Of a stretch of 64,000 nucleotides of DNA, positions 46,112-54,635 are shown in pieces. The translations under genes were made by a program, and so were the position numbers. A model generated the notes under the pieces. That model had not been told where the DNA came from. It worked only from the letters and a program-made list of their open reading frames with translations, and made no database searches. Each line of letters opens with the position of its first letter. Positions within the stretch are counted from its first letter, which is position 1. This DNA comes from a virus (taxonomy: Duplodnaviria > Heunggongvirae > Uroviricota > Caudoviricetes), in the IMG/VR virus record IMGVR_UViG_3300012983_000030. One strand, written 5' to 3'.

Positions 46112-46663
46112 TTAATCGTTTTCATCACCCATTAAGAAGTAGTTATAACTCAAATTACAACTTATTTCGATAGGGTCTGAACTTGAGGCATTAATAGTTG
46201 GGAAAGATACTTCAGTTGGGAACACATCGAATAATCTCATGTCATAACGAGTCAAACCTTCTGGTTTTGGTTCATATACATCAGGATTTACTAATGCTAC
46301 GTTAACGTCTGCTGTATAAGATTCTAATAATGAAATTGTACCATTTTTATAGTTATGATACATATTGCACCAAACTTTAAAAGCTTCTGTAATTGAAGAA
46401 TCCCAAACTTCAGTAAATGTAACTTTCCAGTCACCAGCACGAGTTTGTTTACCAGCATAACGTCTTTCGAAACCACCCCATTGTACAGTAGTTTTATCAC
46501 CTGTAATTGTTGGTAAACCAAAAGTTTGACAACGTAATTCTAAGTTTTCAGTTTTTACTAAAGATGTAAGTGGTGATCCAGCTTTGAATACAATTTGGAA
46601 TGTAGCCACGAACATTTTCAAAGGATCCTTAAGATTCTGGACCTTGTTTAACGGATGTAACAT
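46112..46663 (-). CDS. Tail tube protein, T4 gp19-like
   Basis: LELRCQTFGLPTITGDKTTVQWGGFERRYAGKQTRAGDWKVTFTE...FDVFPTEV...ISCNLSYNY. Confidence 0.85.
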   Translation of the reverse strand: MLHPLNKVQNLKDPLKMFVATFQIVFKAGSPLTSLVKTENLELRCQTFGLPTITGDKTTVQWGGFERRYAGKQTRAGDWKVTFTEVWDSSITEAFKVWCNMYHNYKNGTISLLESYTADVNVALVNPDVYEPKPEGLTRYDMRLFDVFPTEVSFPTINASSSDPIEISCNLSYNYFLMGDEND

Positions 46664-46721
46664 TTATATAAATTCCTTTACATTATTTATTAAAAAATCA
46701 AATAGTAGACCGCCACTTGGT

Positions 46722-46742
46722 GTTCTTAATTAATAGAACAAT
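46722..46742. promoter_or_regulatory. Dyad motif-B site GTTCT-N8-AGAAC
   Basis: Inverted repeat; 20-mer TTCTTAATTAATAGAACAAT identical to 40753-40772. Confidence 0.5.
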
Positions 46743-46773
46743 CTAAAATTATAATATGTATTTTACATCAAAT

Positions 46774-46805
46774 TGTTTTACTTTTATATTTATATATAGT
46801 ATAGT
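46774..46805 (+). promoter_or_regulatory. Motif A early promoter
   Basis: TGTTTTACT-N17-TATAGT. Confidence 0.65.
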
Positions 46806-46825
46806 TTTTTTTCTAGGAGTTTTTA

Positions 46826-48352
46826 ATGAAAGAAAAATTTATTTGTCAATATTGTAATAAAGAATATGAAGTCGATCCAGAGCTTGGAATTTGGCAAAAA
46901 GATAATACTCAATTAAAAACTCAAATTGGAGTATCTTGTAAAAAATTTTGCTGTTATGAATGCGGTAAAAAATCACGTGCAGAGAAGGTTTCTGCACAAT
47001 GGCAAAGTAAATCTATAGATGAAGTAAAAGAAGTTATCAGTAAGCGAAAAAAGGCTGTTAAACCGCGTGTTTGTAAAGTATGCGGCAAAGAATTTATTCC
47101 AAACGGTCCAACCGGTAATGCAAAAGGTGTTTATTTATGCTCTGATGAATGTAGAGAAAAACATTTTCGTCTAATTCCAGATAGTGGAATAAAAAGATGT
47201 CAAAATTGTGGTAAAGAATATCACTATGAATCTGGGCAAGGTAGTTGGGATAAAGATAACAATTTAGTAAAAGTAAATGGACTTGGACATGAGTTTGTAG
47301 TCAAAAGTCACAGATTTTGCTGCTATGAATGCGGAATTAAGTATAAAGAAAGAAAACGTAAGGTAAGTAATATTGTAAAATATGGTCGAATTAGTCCATT
47401 TCAAGATATTGATTTTAGAAAGAATCTTATTGAAAAACAAAAAGAAAATGGTACCTTATTTATATCTAAAGGTGAACAAGAAATTATAGATTGGCTAAAT
47501 TCATTAGGAATTGTTACAGAAAAGTATATTACTGGAAATGGATTAGATAAAAACTCACCTCGTATTGAGATAGATATTTATATACCAGAAAAACACATCG
47601 GTATAGAATATAACGGTGCTTATTATCATAGTATGAATGGTATTAAAAAAGATAGAATGACTAGAAATTATCATTATAATAAATCAAAGTGGGCAAAAGA
47701 AAATGGCATAGAATTAATACACATCTGGGAAGATCAATGGATTAATAAAAAAGAATTAATAAAAAGTATTATAAAAGCGAGATTAGATTTGATTGATAAA
47801 CAAACTAATCGAATATATGCTAGAAATTGTGAGATACGTGAATTATCAGTTGAACAATATAAACAATTCTGTGAATTAAATCATATTCAAGGATATAAAA
47901 AGGCTAGTATTAAGTTAGGTTTATTTTATAAAAATTCTTTAGTACAAATTGCTTCTTTTAGTAAAGTAAATAATAGAGGTAAAGCAACTGTTACTAATTC
48001 TTTATATGATTACGAATGGGTAAGAGGATGTCCAGCTTCTTTAAACTATGTAATAGGTGGAACATCTAAACTTTTTAAGTATTTTATTAAAAAATATCAA
48101 CCTAAAAACGTATTATGTTATGCAGATTGGAATTTATTTAATGGAAGAGGATATACTGAATGTAATTTTAAATTAACTGGTTATACAGGACCTGATAAAT
48201 TTTATATTACAACAGATCATAAGTATACTCGTATTGATAGAAATCCACATCGATATAAAGAATTAATGAATCTTGTTCAAGCTAATAAACTTTGGCTATG
48301 CTATGGAGCAGGTTCATTGAGATTTGAATGGACGAGCCTTTCTTTTAACTAA
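46826..48352 (+). CDS. Hef-like endonuclease: Zn fingers + Vsr-like nuclease + GNAT-like C-terminal domain
   Basis: Three CxxCG fingers; SKGEQEI...EIDIYIPEKHIGIEYNGAYYH...IHIWEDQW; IYARN...NHIQG...IGGTSKLF...LCYAD. Confidence 0.8.
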   Translation: MKEKFICQYCNKEYEVDPELGIWQKDNTQLKTQIGVSCKKFCCYECGKKSRAEKVSAQWQSKSIDEVKEVISKRKKAVKPRVCKVCGKEFIPNGPTGNAKGVYLCSDECREKHFRLIPDSGIKRCQNCGKEYHYESGQGSWDKDNNLVKVNGLGHEFVVKSHRFCCYECGIKYKERKRKVSNIVKYGRISPFQDIDFRKNLIEKQKENGTLFISKGEQEIIDWLNSLGIVTEKYITGNGLDKNSPRIEIDIYIPEKHIGIEYNGAYYHSMNGIKKDRMTRNYHYNKSKWAKENGIELIHIWEDQWINKKELIKSIIKARLDLIDKQTNRIYARNCEIRELSVEQYKQFCELNHIQGYKKASIKLGLFYKNSLVQIASFSKVNNRGKATVTNSLYDYEWVRGCPASLNYVIGGTSKLFKYFIKKYQPKNVLCYADWNLFNGRGYTECNFKLTGYTGPDKFYITTDHKYTRIDRNPHRYKELMNLVQANKLWLCYGAGSLRFEWTSLSFN

Positions 48353-48721
48353 ATATATGATTTGAACAATTTCACTATAATTTACTAAAAACTTAGCCAA
48401 TTGAGGTAAAGTAATACATTTTGCATATTTCTTTTCTAAAAATTTAGTTATCTTATCCACATCTGCATATATAAATTCATTATAATGACCAGTAGCATAT
48501 AATTTATACTTTGGTTTATATGCTTTTCCTTTATATACAATTTCTTGATAAGTTTCTCGATTATCTTTATATACAATATATTCATCACCTGTAGAGGAAA
48601 AAATACAAAGCTTAGGCAAATGAAATTCATTTGAAATATCATATGTTGCTTCAAATTCATTTGTTGTATCATAGATACATCTCATGTAATACTTATTTTT
48701 ATATCTATATAATTTACGCAT
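48314..48721 (-). CDS. Hypothetical protein
   Basis: 135 aa, RBS GGAG; 3' end overlaps the Hef-like gene. Confidence 0.5.
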   Translation of the reverse strand: MRKLYRYKNKYYMRCIYDTTNEFEATYDISNEFHLPKLCIFSSTGDEYIVYKDNRETYQEIVYKGKAYKPKYKLYATGHYNEFIYADVDKITKFLEKKYAKCITLPQLAKFLVNYSEIVQIIYLVKRKARPFKSQ

Positions 48722-48783
48722 AAAAAATCTCCGAATACTCCTATATAGGTAAGAATATCCGGAGACTTAACTTTCTACTAAAA

Positions 48784-50946
48784 TTATTTACCTAATTGCT
48801 CTTGAATTTGTGAATAATTTAAGAATTTACGATTTTTAAAATCTTTTTCTCTTCTAGTCTTATTCCAACCAGCTACTCTACTGAAATATCCGATTACACG
48901 AGTTAAATAAGATACTTTTTTAGATTCACATTTTGGACAGCAATCTACTTTACCTTTATGTACATATCCACATTCTGCACATTCAGAGTATACTGCATTT
49001 AATGCAAAATGTGCCATACCATATTTAATAGCATCTGAAATTAAAGTTTTGGCTTGTGAAGAAGTAACGTGTGAATCAATATTAATATGTACAATACTTC
49101 CACCTGTCATAAGAGCATTAATTTCACCGTCTCTTTTCATTTTTTCATAGATTGTATAATCTTTCCATAAAGAGCACCATTGATTAGCATATATATCATA
49201 AGTACCGTCAACCAAGATTTTATCAGATTTTGCTAATTTTGGAGCCATACCTTCGGCTGGAATTGCTTCAATATTAAAGATTATACCTTCTTCAGCTGCA
49301 ATTCTTTTACATTCATTATTAAAATATACTAAAAAGTCTTTCATATAATCAAACTCAGCATGGTTATATTTTGATTTTAAAATTTCTTCTGCTTCAACAT
49401 AACCACAGCAACCAAATGTAGAAAACATATGTGACATATTAATCCAACCGTTTGTAATCCAAGGTTGTGTTTCATATTTTTCTAATTTGTGAATTAATAC
49501 ACGATGAGCTTTAAGAATTTTAGCCATTTCTTTAACACGATCTGTTACAATAGATTTAAAATCATCATATGACTCTGCCTCATATGCAGCACGTGCAAAA
49601 TTAATTGTAACTACACGGTGTGAACCTAAAGAAACTTGTGAACCACCAAATGAGTTAACGCCTTCACCTAATTCTAACATTTCAGCATCTGAAATTAATC
49701 TACAACAAGATGCAACTTTTGTACCTTCTGAACAATAAATGTTAAATCTAGAAATATCTTTTTTAACAATATAATTTAACAAAGCATTATTTTCAGTAGT
49801 TAACTTGCGTTCACCGGTTTCAGCATTTACATCAATACCTAAGTTAATAGTAGTTACTGGAAATGGGAATTGCAAACCATTACGTAATGGATCACCTTCA
49901 TTAAAGATATCGATATACATTTCTTGTAATTCTTCAATATAATCTAATACAAATTCTTTAAATGCTTCTTTTGTATTTTCTAGATTATTATCTTCTACTA
50001 CAGCTGCTTTCTTTTGGAAATACCATGCATAGTTATCTTCATCTATTAAACCACGTAATTTATCTCTATCGAAACAAGAAACGTTAGTAAATGGAGATTC
50101 TACTGAGTTTCTAGAATAGTGATTAACAGTATGAATAAATTGTTGTAAATGGTTTGACATTGCTTTACGTACTTTTTTATCTGTACGTAAATCATCTAAA
50201 GTAATTCTTTCTTTATATATAGCTAAGTGAGCAATATCTAAAAAGAAAGTACCAACTGCGATAGCACCTGCAACATTGAATGAGATTTCTCTAATTGTAT
50301 CACCGAGAACAGAAATATAGGTAGCTACACGATGAGCAGGACTAGAATGTACTTGACCAAAATTACGACCTTCCATTACAATCTTAGAAGCATCAATACA
50401 ATAACAATATGGAACAAGAATCTTAGTGGAATCATTTAAAGCTAAGGAAAAATCAAACATTGAAGCCATACATTTTTTAGCTTCATCTTTACCATATAAT
50501 TCTTTTAAAGTTTGATATAAATAATCATATCCAACTAACTTTTTATAAGGCAAGAAAGCTTCGCCTTGAATACCTTCCATATTTGTTGAAGTTTTATTTG
50601 CATTGTCATCAACAGAAATATCATTAACTGTTTGTAAATTACCAAAAGTCAAAGTAGAAATAGTAGATAATGGATCGAAATGCTTTTGTGATAAACCATG
50701 TAAACTTAAAATATCCTCTACTTTTTGTTTTAATTCTTCTCTATCTTTGACGCCATATTTTGATTTAATTGATTTTGCTAAACATTCAGCGATATTTTTT
50801 TGTGTCCTAGTAGTATTGGCTTCAGATAAACTAATATCAATTAATTTATTCATTTCTTCTTGGTATGGATTTTCTTCTAAAGCATTAAATACCGGATATT
50901 TAATCTTAATCGCTTTTTTATCAGACGTCATGTTATTTCCCTTCAT
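48784..50946 (-). CDS. nrdD: Anaerobic (class III) ribonucleotide reductase, no ATP-cone (likely start ATG 50931)
   Basis: YCYCID, ESPFTN, ASCCRL finger loop, IPAEG, CAEC...CPKC, TRVIGY glycyl-radical motif. Confidence 0.95.
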   Translation of the reverse strand: MKGNNMTSDKKAIKIKYPVFNALEENPYQEEMNKLIDISLSEANTTRTQKNIAECLAKSIKSKYGVKDREELKQKVEDILSLHGLSQKHFDPLSTISTLTFGNLQTVNDISVDDNANKTSTNMEGIQGEAFLPYKKLVGYDYLYQTLKELYGKDEAKKCMASMFDFSLALNDSTKILVPYCYCIDASKIVMEGRNFGQVHSSPAHRVATYISVLGDTIREISFNVAGAIAVGTFFLDIAHLAIYKERITLDDLRTDKKVRKAMSNHLQQFIHTVNHYSRNSVESPFTNVSCFDRDKLRGLIDEDNYAWYFQKKAAVVEDNNLENTKEAFKEFVLDYIEELQEMYIDIFNEGDPLRNGLQFPFPVTTINLGIDVNAETGERKLTTENNALLNYIVKKDISRFNIYCSEGTKVASCCRLISDAEMLELGEGVNSFGGSQVSLGSHRVVTINFARAAYEAESYDDFKSIVTDRVKEMAKILKAHRVLIHKLEKYETQPWITNGWINMSHMFSTFGCCGYVEAEEILKSKYNHAEFDYMKDFLVYFNNECKRIAAEEGIIFNIEAIPAEGMAPKLAKSDKILVDGTYDIYANQWCSLWKDYTIYEKMKRDGEINALMTGGSIVHINIDSHVTSSQAKTLISDAIKYGMAHFALNAVYSECAECGYVHKGKVDCCPKCESKKVSYLTRVIGYFSRVAGWNKTRREKDFKNRKFLNYSQIQEQLGK

Positions 50947-51496
50947 TATTAAAATATAATATTCCTTTATCGGAGATTAGATTGTACTTACTATCATAAA
51001 AATTTTGATTTTCAGAAGCTAATATATACTCTGAATCTGTTTTTTTAGATAGTCTACTTAAATTTTTATCAAATTTACCACATTTGTAATATTTAACATT
51101 TTCTAAAGCTAATTTTTTAACAAATTCGATATCATAACCAGTAAATATACAAATGTCATATTTTTTTAAATTAGAGGTTAAATACTTAGTCAATTCTTGA
51201 TTTTTGAAGAATAAAGGATCTCCACCTAAAAAAACTAATTTATTAGTATTTGCTCTTTCTGCAAAATTTTTAATTTTTATTAGCATCTCTTCAAAAGATT
51301 CTTCATATTTTTTAAATACTTGTAAAGATACACTATGACAACCTTTACAATTATGTTCACATCCTGCCATTATAATAGCAACTGCATTTCCTTCTGGTGA
51401 AGGAAAATCTAACCAAGTCTCTTCTAAAGAAATAGTATGCTTTTTCATAGTACTCCTATATACTATTACCACGAAATAGTTAAGAAAATCAAGCAC
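50933..51496 (-). CDS. nrdG: Class III RNR activase, radical SAM (likely start ATG 51448)
   Basis: GCEHNCKGCH, LVFLGGDP, ICIFTG, KCGKF, NQNFY. Confidence 0.9.
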   Translation of the reverse strand: MLDFLNYFVVIVYRSTMKKHTISLEETWLDFPSPEGNAVAIIMAGCEHNCKGCHSVSLQVFKKYEESFEEMLIKIKNFAERANTNKLVFLGGDPLFFKNQELTKYLTSNLKKYDICIFTGYDIEFVKKLALENVKYYKCGKFDKNLSRLSKKTDSEYILASENQNFYDSKYNLISDKGILYFNNEGK

Positions 51497-51508
51497 TTCG
51501 AAGTGAAG

Positions 51509-51524
51509 TTGTATAGTATAGAAC
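51509..51524 (-). promoter_or_regulatory. Motif B upstream of nrdG-nrdD
   Basis: Minus strand GTTCTatactatac; palindrome CACTTCGAAGTG at 51494-51505 just downstream. Confidence 0.45.
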
Positions 51525-51664
51525 TTGAGGTCATATTATTTTCTACTTAAGAATATTTACAAAAATTTAATTCTAAAAACACCATTTTAAATGAAAAAAG
51601 CGCTCTACTTTTTTACTAGTAAAACGCTTTTTCAATTATATCAATAGATTAACAAGAAAGATAA

Positions 51665-52741
51665 TTATTTTGGTTTAGGACCTATAAAAAAATATTTCTT
51701 TAATGTTTCAGGAGGTCTTGTTTTTATTTTTTCTTTTGGTACTAAAACTACTTTTTCTTGCATGGGATTTTTTAAATTTTCAACCAATTTTTCTTTATTT
51801 TTTCTCTTTATAATAGATAATACTTTATTAACACTAAAAAAATTACCTACAAGCAAATCTATCTTTTTAATAACAGAAACTTTATTACTTTTTATATTTT
51901 CAGCTTTAATATAGCTATCATTTTTTAAATTATCATCTTTGTATTTGATTTTTTCAACATTTTCTTCTTTTTTTATTTTTTTATTTCTTCTTGTATTTAC
52001 TGCTAATACGATTGCTATTTGTAAATAATCAGTACCTACTATTACTAATAAAATTACAATGGTTAATGCGTTTTGCAATGAATCATAATTATTACAATCT
52101 TTTTGTGTAAATTTACAAATAGTTGTTAATACATTGGCTATTTCACTTTTATTCTCAGAAACTTGCTTAATTTTCTCTTCATTTTCTGTACTCAAATTAG
52201 TATTGCTATTTAAAACTTTTTCTAAAGCTATTAAAGCATTTTTATCTAGTCTTCTTTTAGTATTATTACATGTATTTTCTTTAGTTAAATTACCGTTTGC
52301 TCTTTTTATACAATTTTGATAATCAGTTTTATTCCATTCTATAGCAGTATCATACTCTTTTCTAGCGATTGTGATGAAATCTTCATTTTGTGATTGCTTA
52401 TTTTCAGCATTTGCTGCTAATTTATTATAATAAGCAACGTTAATCATAGCTTCTCTAGTTTCTTTTGACACTAAAGAATCTAATTTTGAATATACACCAA
52501 CAGCAGAATAAACAAATAATAACGCTAAAATAAGAGTAATAACGTATTTTACTCCTCTTAAATTAGACCATTCGTCTACAACAAAATTGAATAATAAAAA
52601 TCTACCAAGGTCTATTACTAAAAATAAGATTAAGATAAACATACCAGCCGTTGCAAATAAATCTCGCATACCAAAAGCGGTCAAAGCTGATGAAAATAAA
52701 GCCATAACAAATGCTACGGCTAACATAAATTTATATTTCAT
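51665..52741 (-). CDS. Multi-pass membrane protein with large soluble coiled-coil domain
   Basis: Three N-terminal TM segments ending SAVGVYSKL, Cys-containing middle, fourth TM ALTIVILLVIVGTDYLQIAIVLAV. Confidence 0.7.
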   Translation of the reverse strand: MKYKFMLAVAFVMALFSSALTAFGMRDLFATAGMFILILFLVIDLGRFLLFNFVVDEWSNLRGVKYVITLILALLFVYSAVGVYSKLDSLVSKETREAMINVAYYNKLAANAENKQSQNEDFITIARKEYDTAIEWNKTDYQNCIKRANGNLTKENTCNNTKRRLDKNALIALEKVLNSNTNLSTENEEKIKQVSENKSEIANVLTTICKFTQKDCNNYDSLQNALTIVILLVIVGTDYLQIAIVLAVNTRRNKKIKKEENVEKIKYKDDNLKNDSYIKAENIKSNKVSVIKKIDLLVGNFFSVNKVLSIIKRKNKEKLVENLKNPMQEKVVLVPKEKIKTRPPETLKKYFFIGPKPK

Positions 52742-52767
52742 AGATACATAGTCCCCAAAAATAATAA

Positions 52768-52783
52768 ACTATTTATTTAGAAC
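52768..52783 (-). promoter_or_regulatory. Motif B
   Basis: Minus strand GTTCTaaataaatag. Confidence 0.5.
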
Positions 52784-52805
52784 TTTGTATATTTTTAGAT
52801 AAAAA

Positions 52806-53042
52806 TTAAGCTAGCCTTGTAATATAAATAACCTTTATAAAGTCTTTTACTGATTTTGGTAATTCACTGCCTTCGTGTGTATAAACACTGATTTGTGAAT
52901 ACTTTCTAGTTGGAAATTTGCGTTTAATAGTGTTTAGATTATCACTGATATATCCATTTGACTTAAAAGTATATATTTCTTCTCCTACTTCCATGTTTTC
53001 TATTTTAGTTAACATACTATCAGCAGAGCGTGGTTTAGGCAT
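52806..53042 (-). CDS. Small hypothetical protein
   Basis: 78 aa, RBS GGGAG, motif A at 53082-53113. Confidence 0.55.
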   Translation of the reverse strand: MPKPRSADSMLTKIENMEVGEEIYTFKSNGYISDNLNTIKRKFPTRKYSQISVYTHEGSELPKSVKDFIKVIYITRLA

Positions 53043-53133
53043 TTATAACTCCCTTATTAAACACAAATCTTAATTTATTATAACATATTATAGATTATTT
53101 TAAAAGTAAAACAATTTCTTAGATTATCAACAT

Positions 53134-53167
53134 AAAAAAATAACCTATTGATAATAAATAGGTTATT
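53134..53167 (-). terminator. Terminator
   Basis: aataacctatt/aataggttatt with A-run 53134-53140. Confidence 0.7.
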
Positions 53168-53191
53168 CTACACAAAAAGTAAAACAAAAAA

Positions 53192-53428
53192 TTATTCATC
53201 AACTACTATTTTTTTGTATCTACGACAATGACAAAAAATTTCAGTTTCACCTTCTTCTACCTTTGGATAAGAATTTCTAAAATCTTCACAGATACACAAA
53301 GTTTCAGGTGTTCTCTCTAACAAACATGGGCAATGAAAATCATTTTTTTCAACAGCCTGTGTCATTTTTTCATATATTTTTTCATTTGGATTTTTAATTA
53401 CTTTAAATTTTGTCATTTGTATCTCCAT
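53192..53428 (-). CDS. Ferredoxin:thioredoxin reductase catalytic-subunit-like protein (likely start ATG 53416)
   Basis: CPC-x9-CIC...CHC triple motif of FTR beta chain. Confidence 0.75.
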   Translation of the reverse strand: MEIQMTKFKVIKNPNEKIYEKMTQAVEKNDFHCPCLLERTPETLCICEDFRNSYPKVEEGETEIFCHCRRYKKIVVDE

Positions 53429-54005
53429 ATAACGTTTTTACTCTTGTAATAATATCTTCGATATTAATAGGGGAAAAAGGTAATGTATTCGGAAATTCAG
53501 AACTTGTATCTACTCCTATATGCACTGCTTTATACCCTAAATCTTGATAAATTTTATCATAGCTAGTTATATTATGAATATGTCCATATAAATGGATAGC
53601 ATAACTACGATAAGCTCCATCAAACTCTAAAATAGGAAAATGTGAAAGAATAAATTTAAAATGCTCTCCATTTTTACTATTATATTTTATTGTATGATAA
53701 TCTCTAACAGATTGCCATAAACCTTTATTTTTAAATTCAGCATGCTCTTTTATTTTATCGTGATTTCCTAAAATTAAATGCTTAGCTCCATTTAATTGTC
53801 CAAGAATATTTTCTAAATAATCTCTATATCCACGTAAAGAAAAATCACCCAAAACATAAACTAAATCACTTGGCTTAACTACTCTATTCCAATTAGAAAT
53901 TAAAGCATTATCATGCTCTTCTATTGAAGAAAAAGGTCTACCTTTTCCAAGAGTTATAATACTTCTATGTCCAAAATGTAAATCCGAAGTAAACCAAATA
54001 GTCAT
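53403..54005 (-). CDS. Calcineurin-like metallophosphoesterase
   Basis: WFTSDLHFGH, LGDF, GNHD, SHFP, HLYGHIH. Confidence 0.9.
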   Translation of the reverse strand: MTIWFTSDLHFGHRSIITLGKGRPFSSIEEHDNALISNWNRVVKPSDLVYVLGDFSLRGYRDYLENILGQLNGAKHLILGNHDKIKEHAEFKNKGLWQSVRDYHTIKYNSKNGEHFKFILSHFPILEFDGAYRSYAIHLYGHIHNITSYDKIYQDLGYKAVHIGVDTSSEFPNTLPFSPINIEDIITRVKTLYGDTNDKI

Positions 54006-54008
54006 CTT

Positions 54009-54215
54009 TTACCACACTATATATTTTTTAACATTATCTTTTATTATATAAAGTTCTCTTTCTTTTGAAAAATTTTCTTTTACAATATATATTTTGTTAT
54101 TTTTTATATTCCTAATTTTACAACCATGCCCAATTACACTACCGGTCTGAGCGTATTTATAATTTTTTATATCTTCTATCACACCGTCTTTATAAGTATC
54201 TCCTGGCTTATACAT
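54009..54215 (-). CDS. Hypothetical protein
   Basis: 68 aa, RBS AAGGA. Confidence 0.55.
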   Translation of the reverse strand: MYKPGDTYKDGVIEDIKNYKYAQTGSVIGHGCKIRNIKNNKIYIVKENFSKERELYIIKDNVKKYIVW

Positions 54216-54268
54216 CTTTAAATCCTTTAATATTAAAACATAACTATATTAATATTACATTAAAAAAA

Positions 54269-54634
54269 TTAAGAAGTAAAGCCAGAATTTTCCCAAATAT
54301 ATACTGGAATTCCTTTTTTCTTAGCTTTTATTATTGAATCCAAAGTACCTTTTGATTTATTAACAACAAAAGCGATTACAGCATCCGCATTATCAATAAT
54401 GGTCTGATTACGTAAAAAACCAGCTATTTTACCATTTTGATTCCAATCTGGTAAATAAACTTCCATATCTAGATTAAATTCTTCAGCAAACTTTTCAGCT
54501 AAAGTATCAGCACCTTTGGCACCGCCAGATACAATAGTATCAAATTTGTTTAAATTAACACTTTTCAATACAAATAATTTTAATATTGAATAATCATTAA
54601 AAGTACGAGACCCTATAATCGCTAATTTTGCCAT
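54269..54634 (-). CDS. SLOG/DUF2493 (YspA/DprA-like) protein
   Basis: LAIIGSRTF, IVSGGAKGAD, AGFLRNQTII, SKGT. Confidence 0.85.
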   Translation of the reverse strand: MAKLAIIGSRTFNDYSILKLFVLKSVNLNKFDTIVSGGAKGADTLAEKFAEEFNLDMEVYLPDWNQNGKIAGFLRNQTIIDNADAVIAFVVNKSKGTLDSIIKAKKKGIPVYIWENSGFTS

Positions 54635-54635
54635 A

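Noticed and set aside
51595-51632. GTAAAACG as another motif A promoter
   Set aside because: There is no -10 box at the expected spacing; it lies within an imperfect hairpin after the 51665 gene.
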